Assembly (NCBI GenBank): GCA_964632315.1
Contig: CAZWEM010000078.1
Coordinates: 1-12,455, forward strand
DNA from: an uncultured archaeon
Lineage (GTDB): Archaea; Asgardarchaeota; Lokiarchaeia; Sigyniarchaeales; SOKP01
DNA: 12,455 bases
Reading direction: 5' to 3'
The notes under the pieces are model-generated. The model saw nothing but the letters and a program-made list of their open reading frames with translations. It was not told the DNA's origin and searched no databases. Position numbers and translations under genes: made by a program. Numbering within the stretch: the first letter of the stretch is position 1; the number at the start of each line of letters is the position of its first letter. Shown one piece after another: positions 7,605 through 12,455 of the stretch.

Positions 7605-8300
7605 ATGAAACTCAATGCTAAATTAAAATTCGCAATCTTCGTCGTTCTGTTAGCGGCCGCGATTATAATCTTGTGGCGGCCTCTCGCGTTGATATTCTCT
7701 TCTCCCGATTCGGTGAGGGCTTACATCTCCGGTTTTGGCGTTTTCGCTCCGCTGGCTTTCATCTTCCTTGTGATTTTGCAGGTTTTGCTCGCCCCGATTC
7801 CGGGCCAGATCGCAGGCCTCGCGGGAGGCTATATTTTCGGCTTTGTTCTCGGAACGCTTTACAGCATGATTGGTCTAATACTTGGCTCTTTCATTGTCTT
7901 CCTGCTTTCGAAAAAATTAGGCAGGCCATTCATTGAAAAAGTCGTCGACAAAAAAATCCTCGGAAAATTCGATTCACTTATAACCCGAAAAGGGCTCTTC
8001 TTCCTTTTCCTGATTTACCTCCTTCCCGCACTTCCCGACGACGCGGTCTCGTACATCGCCGGCCTCACAAAATTCAGAATAAGAACGCTCATGATCATTT
8101 CCGCAATAGGCAGGCTTCCCGGATTCGCGGTCTTGAGCCTCGCCGGAGCAGGCATGGCCTCGAGCAATTCTCTGGCTTCAATAATCCTTTTCGCTTCAAT
8201 GATTGGCATTTCCCTATTGATATTTTGGAAAAAAGATTACCTCGAAAGTCTGATGCTCCGCCTCGCGAAAAATCTGAAATCAAAGTTCTCAAAAAACTGA
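7605..8300 (+). CDS. TVP38/TMEM64 (VTT/SNARE_assoc, DedA superfamily) membrane protein
   Basis: LQVLLAPIPGQIAGLAGGYIFG, F-L-S-K-K-LGRPF and LLPALPDDAVSYIAGLTK motifs. Start moved from 7554 to ATG 7605 because GAAAAA-TTATAAA (7571-7583) ends 22 nt upstream. Confidence 0.92.
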   Translation: MKLNAKLKFAIFVVLLAAAIIILWRPLALIFSSPDSVRAYISGFGVFAPLAFIFLVILQVLLAPIPGQIAGLAGGYIFGFVLGTLYSMIGLILGSFIVFLLSKKLGRPFIEKVVDKKILGKFDSLITRKGLFFLFLIYLLPALPDDAVSYIAGLTKFRIRTLMIISAIGRLPGFAVLSLAGAGMASSNSLASIILFASMIGISLLIFWKKDYLESLMLRLAKNLKSKFSKN

Positions 8301-8318
8301 AACATTTTCTTTAACCTT

Positions 8319-8418
8319 TTGTAATTACTAACTAATAACAACAAATAGAAAAGTTTATAAACTTCAAAACTATTGTAATTACATCTAAGTAGTCACAATA
8401 AAGGTGATGAAAGGAGGT
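8319..8418 (+). promoter_or_regulatory. BRE/TATA promoter, flanking GTAATTAC palindromes and SD sequence
   Basis: GAAAAG-TTTATAAA (8348-8361); TTGTAATTAC at 8319-8328 and 8373-8382; degenerate GTAGTCAC at 8389-8396; AAGGAGGT at 8411-8418, 9 nt before ATG 8428. Confidence 0.7.
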
Positions 8419-8427
8419 AAAACAAAT

Positions 8428-9183
8428 ATGAAAAACTTGATACAAAAAGTCCTTGGAAATAAATGGGTGCAAAGAGGATTAGCTGTTCCCACTTTAGCCA
8501 GCGCTTTGGCAGGACCACTTTATGCAGCGCCTCAAGCAGAGAAAACTTCAGACGAATGGGTAACGGTAAGCAAAGCCCAATATGAAGCAGTTCAGCAAGG
8601 CGCAACAGGGCATGACGGTTACCTCACATTCCCAACCTCTCAGACTGCATTAAAAGAAGCAAGAGGATTGCTTGATGGAAAACTGAGACCTTCTGTTTCA
8701 TACATAACACCTGAAGGAAAAGTTGTAGATGCAGTTGAGCAGAATTTTGGATACAATGATGGAATCCAACCAACAAAACAGGATTATACAAACGCAGACC
8801 TAAATGGAGATTTAGTGGTGGACCCTCTTGAAGGGGCCGCGTATCTTAAAGATGCGATGGATCAGTCGGTGCTTCATAGCTCTGCGCCGGTCAAAGTTCG
8901 CTCTACTTTAGGAGAGATTGAGTTTGAGAATCTTTTGGCTTACAGAGTTCTTGCAAAGGCGGATGATGTTCTCTATGGAGTTACAGACCCGAAGAAATCA
9001 ATGAACATAGGAGAACGTTCTAAACTTCAAACATGGGGAGAAGACTTTTACCGTTTAGCAAAAGTTTCGGAAAATGACGCAGGAGTCGTAACTTTAGATT
9101 ATGCTAAGGACACCCTTGTAAGAACTTATAAAGCAGTTAATGAAGTTAACAGCAGAGAAGCGCAGGCAAGAAATTTACAATAA
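8428..9183 (+). CDS. Secreted hypothetical protein with an EF-hand-like loop, probably two tandem domains
   Basis: Start 8428 supported by SD GGAGGT; signal-peptide-like MKNLIQKVLGNKWVQRGLAVPTLASALAGPLYA; DLNGDLVVDPLE loop (8797-8832). Confidence 0.8.
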   Translation: MKNLIQKVLGNKWVQRGLAVPTLASALAGPLYAAPQAEKTSDEWVTVSKAQYEAVQQGATGHDGYLTFPTSQTALKEARGLLDGKLRPSVSYITPEGKVVDAVEQNFGYNDGIQPTKQDYTNADLNGDLVVDPLEGAAYLKDAMDQSVLHSSAPVKVRSTLGEIEFENLLAYRVLAKADDVLYGVTDPKKSMNIGERSKLQTWGEDFYRLAKVSENDAGVVTLDYAKDTLVRTYKAVNEVNSREAQARNLQ

Positions 9184-9202
9184 ATTTATTTATTTATTTA
9201 TT
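9184..9202 (+). repeat. (ATTT)4 short tandem repeat between the two paralogues; possible terminator or TATA element
   Basis: atttatttatttatttatt directly after the stop codon at 9183. Confidence 0.55.
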
Positions 9203-9220
9203 AAACATCAGCAAACAAAA

Positions 9221-9658
9221 ATGAAAAACTTAATGCAAAAAATAGGAACCGGAATTTTCGCCTTGGGGGTCTTAGCCGGAGCCAAAGCTTACGCTGAACA
9301 GCCAATAACTTTCGCGGATCAGAAAGCGTATGATAACATTGCTACAGCTAACGAAGTCTTGTATGGATTGCCGGTCAACAAAACTATCTCTTATAAAGGA
9401 AAAGTCGTGGCAAAACTTCTGAATGTAATTCATGGATATTCTGTAGCCAACAGCATCACAGAATCTTTCGGGGATAAAACTATAACTTACTCAACTACCG
9501 GTTCTCTTGACAGAACAAAAGTGCCCGATTGGAACAGTAAGTTCAACGGTCTGGCTAAAATGGCCGACAGAAATCACGATGGGGTTGTAACCGACGGCGA
9601 AACGGAAGACCTGGCTTGGGACACTTATAATTTTGAATACCAAAAACAAAATCAATAA
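9221..9658 (+). CDS. Secreted EF-hand-loop protein, paralogue of the C-terminal domain of 8428-9183
   Basis: Start moved from 9140 to ATG 9221; signal peptide MKNLMQKIGTGIFALGVLAGAKAYA; canonical 12-residue loop DRNHDGVVTDGE (9566-9601). Confidence 0.8.
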   Translation: MKNLMQKIGTGIFALGVLAGAKAYAEQPITFADQKAYDNIATANEVLYGLPVNKTISYKGKVVAKLLNVIHGYSVANSITESFGDKTITYSTTGSLDRTKVPDWNSKFNGLAKMADRNHDGVVTDGETEDLAWDTYNFEYQKQNQ

Positions 9659-9718
9659 ATTCGATAAAATGAAAAATAATTACGGCCAAAAAACATATAA
9701 CCCCAATTCTTAATTACC

Positions 9719-10219
9719 CTAAGCTCCCGACTTATTGATATAAGTAAAATAAATCCCAGTCCAATTATATCTTATCAGGTCCTGCGCTTCGGTGAGTTTC
9801 ATCTGCCCGGAACAGACTTGGCGGTGAAGATAATTCTCGACGAGATCTTTTTGAGGATAGCCCGGAAACGGATATTTGTATTCTATCTGCAGGTTTTTTA
9901 TGCTGTTGCTTCCGCCGAGCTCGAGCGAGACGATGTGATCCAACTCTACGCTTCCGGCCGGCTGCGGAAAAGGCACACCGTTCATTTTGTAAACTTCTTC
10001 CTTTAGCTGAAGCGGAACATCTCTCACGCTTGCGCTGTAGCCCTTCATGCATACTACCTTCGGATCTGTAGTCAAAATTGTCCCGTCTCCGGAATTCGCA
10101 ACTCCGACAAATTTTGTAAGCGCGCCGTCAAGAAAATTATAATCTGCTGCAAAAAGCAGAAGAACCAAGACCAAAAAAACAATCCAAATCAATCTATTAT
10201 TCTTTCCGTTCTTTTTCAT
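9719..10219 (-). CDS. Membrane-anchored/secreted HNH endonuclease-like protein
   Basis: ELDHIVSLELGGSNSIKNL HNH core followed by KDLVENYLHRQVCSG..L.EAQ..I..NW; N-terminal basic stretch plus TM helix (MKKNGKNNRLIWIVFLVLVLLLFAA). Start 10219 preferred (TTTATTTA about 24 nt upstream); 10258 is possible via TAATG coupling. Confidence 0.8.
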   Translation of the reverse strand: MKKNGKNNRLIWIVFLVLVLLLFAADYNFLDGALTKFVGVANSGDGTILTTDPKVVCMKGYSASVRDVPLQLKEEVYKMNGVPFPQPAGSVELDHIVSLELGGSNSIKNLQIEYKYPFPGYPQKDLVENYLHRQVCSGQMKLTEAQDLIRYNWTGIYFTYINKSGA

Positions 10220-10257
10220 TGCTTTTGTTCTGAAAGGAATGTAAATAAATCTTGGCA

Positions 10258-10470
10258 TTATTTCGGAAGTTCATAAACCCCTGCGGCCCTGTTGTAAACC
10301 AAACCTTCTTCCATTACACGTTCGCGGAAATAATCCCTAAGCCGTGGTTCGGATCTGAAATTTTCTCTTGACAACAATTCTTCCACCATGGCCGAAAGGC
10401 GAACCTTTCCCGAATTAATATAACTGTCAATTATCTCCGCCCCGGAGTTAAAATTTGATTCTTCTTTCAT
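10258..10470 (-). CDS. Hypothetical protein, 70 aa (possible winged-helix-like fold)
   Basis: ATG start, TTTTTAAAA about 25 nt upstream, fills the gap between neighbouring features; helices followed by the hairpin-like GLVYNRAAGVYEL. Confidence 0.62.
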   Translation of the reverse strand: MKEESNFNSGAEIIDSYINSGKVRLSAMVEELLSRENFRSEPRLRDYFRERVMEEGLVYNRAAGVYELPK

Positions 10471-10523
10471 AAAAATCCCTTCGCAAAATTATTTTTTAAA
10501 AATTATTGTTCTTCTATAACTAA

Positions 10524-10659
10524 TTATCATTATAGAAAACTGCAGGGGGCAGGGATCGGCTTCGCGAACAAGTCGCTCGCTGCATTTTGCTCCGCAAAAC
10601 ACAAACCACCGGTTCGAATCTTATTTATCATTATAGAAAACTGCAGGGGACAGGATTCG
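10524..10659 (-). repeat. Direct repeat of the tRNA-Leu 3' end plus trailer (period 101 nt) with a structured spacer
   Basis: ttatcattatagaaaactgcagggg is identical at 10524-10548 and 10625-10649; the match extends to 32/35 nt. Confidence 0.9.
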
Positions 10660-10725
10660 AACCTGCGCAAGCACTAAGCTACTGCCTCTTAAGGGCAGCC
10701 CGTTTGACCACTCCGGCACCCCCGC
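10642..10725 (-). tRNA. tRNA-Leu (anticodon TAA), 84 nt, no intron, CCA not encoded
   Basis: Acceptor GCGGGGG/CCCCTGC+A; D loop GGAGTGGTCAAA; anticodon arm CTGCC-CTTAAGA-GGCAG; long variable arm; T arm GCAGG-TTCGAAT-CCTGT. Confidence 0.97.
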
Positions 10726-10805
10726 ATCTATTGGTGGTGCCGCTCCTAAAAGGAAAGTTTGATAAAGAAAACCATTGGTTGTCTTTATTCCGGCACCCCG
10801 TATCT
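10710..10805 (-). repeat. Degenerate direct repeat of the tRNA-Leu 5' end upstream of the gene
   Basis: attccggcacccc-gtatct (10787-10805) versus actccggcacccccgcatct (10710-10729); 11-nt exact core tccggcacccc. Confidence 0.75.
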
Positions 10806-10828
10806 TACACTTTTCCCACACTGATTAG

Positions 10829-10838
10829 ATTTAAAAAA
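10829..10838. promoter_or_regulatory. TATA box for argS, possibly bidirectional for the tRNA precursor
   Basis: TTTAAAAA (10830-10837) ends 22 nt before argS ATG 10859; the reverse strand reads TTTTTTAAAT about 24 nt before 10805. Confidence 0.55.
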
Positions 10839-10858
10839 GTTCTTGTGCTCTTATTGAA

Positions 10859-12455
10859 ATGCCTCAAAAGATTCCTAAAAAAGAATTGGTAGCCAAAATC
10901 ATTTTCAAGGCTCTTGAAGATAAAAAACTGAAACTAAAACAAGAAGATATTCTTAATAAAATAGAAATCCCGCCTTCTCCTGAAATGGGCGATTTCGCTT
11001 TCCCCTGCTTTTTCCTTTCTCAAATTCTTAAGCAAAACCCAAACCAAATTGCGATAGATATTAGAACAAGAATAGGAACTCAAAAAACTTTCTCAGACAT
11101 CCAAACCAGCGGGTCTTACATAAATTTCTTTGTCGACCGGCAGGAGATGGCAATGGAGATTATCTCAAGAGTTTTGAAAGAAAAAGAAAACTTCGGAAGT
11201 TCTGAAATTGGAAAAGGCAAAACCATTGTCGTTGAATTTTCATCCCCCAACATCGCGAAGCCTTTTGGAATAGGGCATTTAAGGTCGACGATTATAGGAA
11301 ATTCTCTTGCGAAGATTTCTGAATTTGAAGGTTTCAAGACTGTAAAGATGAATTATCTCGGTGATTGGGGAACCCAGTTCGGAAAACTCATAACAGGTTT
11401 CAAACATTTTGGCGACGAGAAAAAACTTCAGAAAGATCCGATAAAACATCTTCTTGAACTTTATGTGAAAGTTAACGCTTCCGAGGACCTTGCGGAAGAA
11501 TCGAGAAACTGGTTCAGCAAACTTGAGCAGGGCGACGGGGAAGCGGCAGAACTTTGGAAAAGATTCAGGGAATTGAGCCTTGCCGAATTCGAAAAGATTT
11601 ACGGTGAACTTGGAATTCGTTTTGACGTTTTTTCGGGAGAATCAATGTACAACGAAGAGATGAAGTCTGTGGTGAAAAAATTAGCCGACAAAAAGTTGCT
11701 TAAGGAGAATCAAGGCGCGGAAATAGTGGACCTTGAAAAATACAACCTTGGCGTGGCGCTCATTAAAAAAACCGACGGCTCCACACTTTATATCACGCGA
11801 GACTTGGCCGCCGCAATTTCCCGGAAAGAAAAATACAAATTCGACCGCATGATTTACGAAGTCGGACAAGAACAAAAGCTCCATTTCATGCAGGTCTTCA
11901 AAATCCTAGAATTGCTTGGATATGGTTGGGCGAAAAATTGCGTTCATGTCGAGCACGGATTGTATCTGGGAAAGGACGGAAAGAAATTTTCCACAAGGAA
12001 AGGCAAAACAGTTTTCATGGAAGACATAATTTCCGACACGAAAAAATTGGCCGGAAAAGAGCTGAAAAAAAGAAATCCAAGAATCTCCAAATCAGAACTT
12101 GAAGAGAAATCAATGAAAATCGCAATCGCTTCGATATTTTACGGCGACCTGAAAAACAACAGAAAAAGCGATATGGTTTTCGATTTGACGAAATTCACTT
12201 CTTTCGAAGGCGACACCGGACCTTACCTGCTCTACAGTTACGCCCGCGCAAACTCAATTCTGAAAAAAACTCTGAAAAAAGAATCCTCTGTCTCAAAAAC
12301 AAAACTTGAAGAAAAAGAAATCTCGCTTGTAAAAAAACTTTCAGAATTCTCCCGGGTCGTTTCAAAGTCTTACGAGACCCTCAACCCCGCAAACATCGCT
12401 AATTACGCTTACCAACTTTCACAGGTTTTCAATGAGTTCTATCATGCATGCCCCG
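10859..12455 (+). CDS. argS: Arginine--tRNA ligase (3' end runs off the window)
   Basis: Absent from the ORF track because there is no stop in the window. Manual reading: MPQKIPKK...EIPPSPEMGDFAFPCF...VVEFSSPNIAKPFGIGHLRSTIIG...NYLGDWGTQFGKL...KTDGSTLYITRDLAAA...GKKFSTRKG...SFEGDTGPYLLYSYARANSIL...FNEFYHACP; first and last motifs share one frame. Confidence 0.97.
   Translation, partial: MPQKIPKKELVAKIIFKALEDKKLKLKQEDILNKIEIPPSPEMGDFAFPCFFLSQILKQNPNQIAIDIRTRIGTQKTFSDIQTSGSYINFFVDRQEMAMEIISRVLKEKENFGSSEIGKGKTIVVEFSSPNIAKPFGIGHLRSTIIGNSLAKISEFEGFKTVKMNYLGDWGTQFGKLITGFKHFGDEKKLQKDPIKHLLELYVKVNASEDLAEESRNWFSKLEQGDGEAAELWKRFRELSLAEFEKIYGELGIRFDVFSGESMYNEEMKSVVKKLADKKLLKENQGAEIVDLEKYNLGVALIKKTDGSTLYITRDLAAAISRKEKYKFDRMIYEVGQEQKLHFMQVFKILELLGYGWAKNCVHVEHGLYLGKDGKKFSTRKGKTVFMEDIISDTKKLAGKELKKRNPRISKSELEEKSMKIAIASIFYGDLKNNRKSDMVFDLTKFTSFEGDTGPYLLYSYARANSILKKTLKKESSVSKTKLEEKEISLVKKLSEFSRVVSKSYETLNPANIANYAYQLSQVFNEFYHACP

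Noticed and set aside
9677-9717. Two TAATTAC copies in the convergent gap, resembling the GTAATTAC operator
   Set aside because: 7-nt AT-rich matches lacking the palindromic G, in a terminator region; plausible by chance.
10524-10620. Split, permuted or second tRNA gene
   Set aside because: The 3' copy lacks an intact T loop; the GGTTCGAATC on plus has no closing T stem, acceptor stem or anticodon arm; the neighbouring tRNA is complete.
10524-10659. attL/attR of a provirus, or a CRISPR array
   Set aside because: Only two copies, 101 nt apart, with no integrase, cargo or cas genes, and the repeat is tRNA-derived.
11260-11290. ArgRS HIGH motif reads GIGH
   Set aside because: First-His substitutions (e.g. 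SIGH, SMGH) are known in functional ArgRS; not a sign of inactivation or novelty.
7673-11884. ORFs 7673-7936, 8015-8209, 8095-8292, 8393-8605, 9765-10052, 9818-10006, 10587-10892, 10621-10821, 11116-11337, 11681-11884
   Set aside because: They overlap the DedA, secreted, HNH, tRNA or argS genes and have no recognisable features.

Overview
Archaeal chromosomal window, probably a DPANN/Pacearchaeota-like organism (inferred from TATA boxes about 22-25 nt before leaderless starts, class III signal-peptide pilins, a CCA-less tRNA and dense gene packing). 1-6318 (minus) is a type IV pilus locus: five pilin-like genes, a PilB/FlaI/TadA-family ATPase, a small coupled helical protein and two T2SS-F/TadC-like platform proteins, the last truncated. 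Next come a DUF4190-like membrane protein, an AT-rich P-loop kinase-like gene, and an SRP RNA (7261-7521, minus) that appears to lack helix 6 and the GNRA helix-8 loop. These are followed by a TVP38/DedA membrane protein, two secreted paralogues built from an EF-hand-like repeat domain behind a palindrome-flanked promoter, a membrane-anchored HNH-like protein and a 70-aa hypothetical. The window ends with tRNA-Leu(TAA) and a truncated argS. The most unusual structure is the tRNA-Leu locus: both ends of the tRNA are duplicated outward, and each copy is separated from the tRNA by a structured spacer carrying a short antisense copy of the adjacent tRNA segment.
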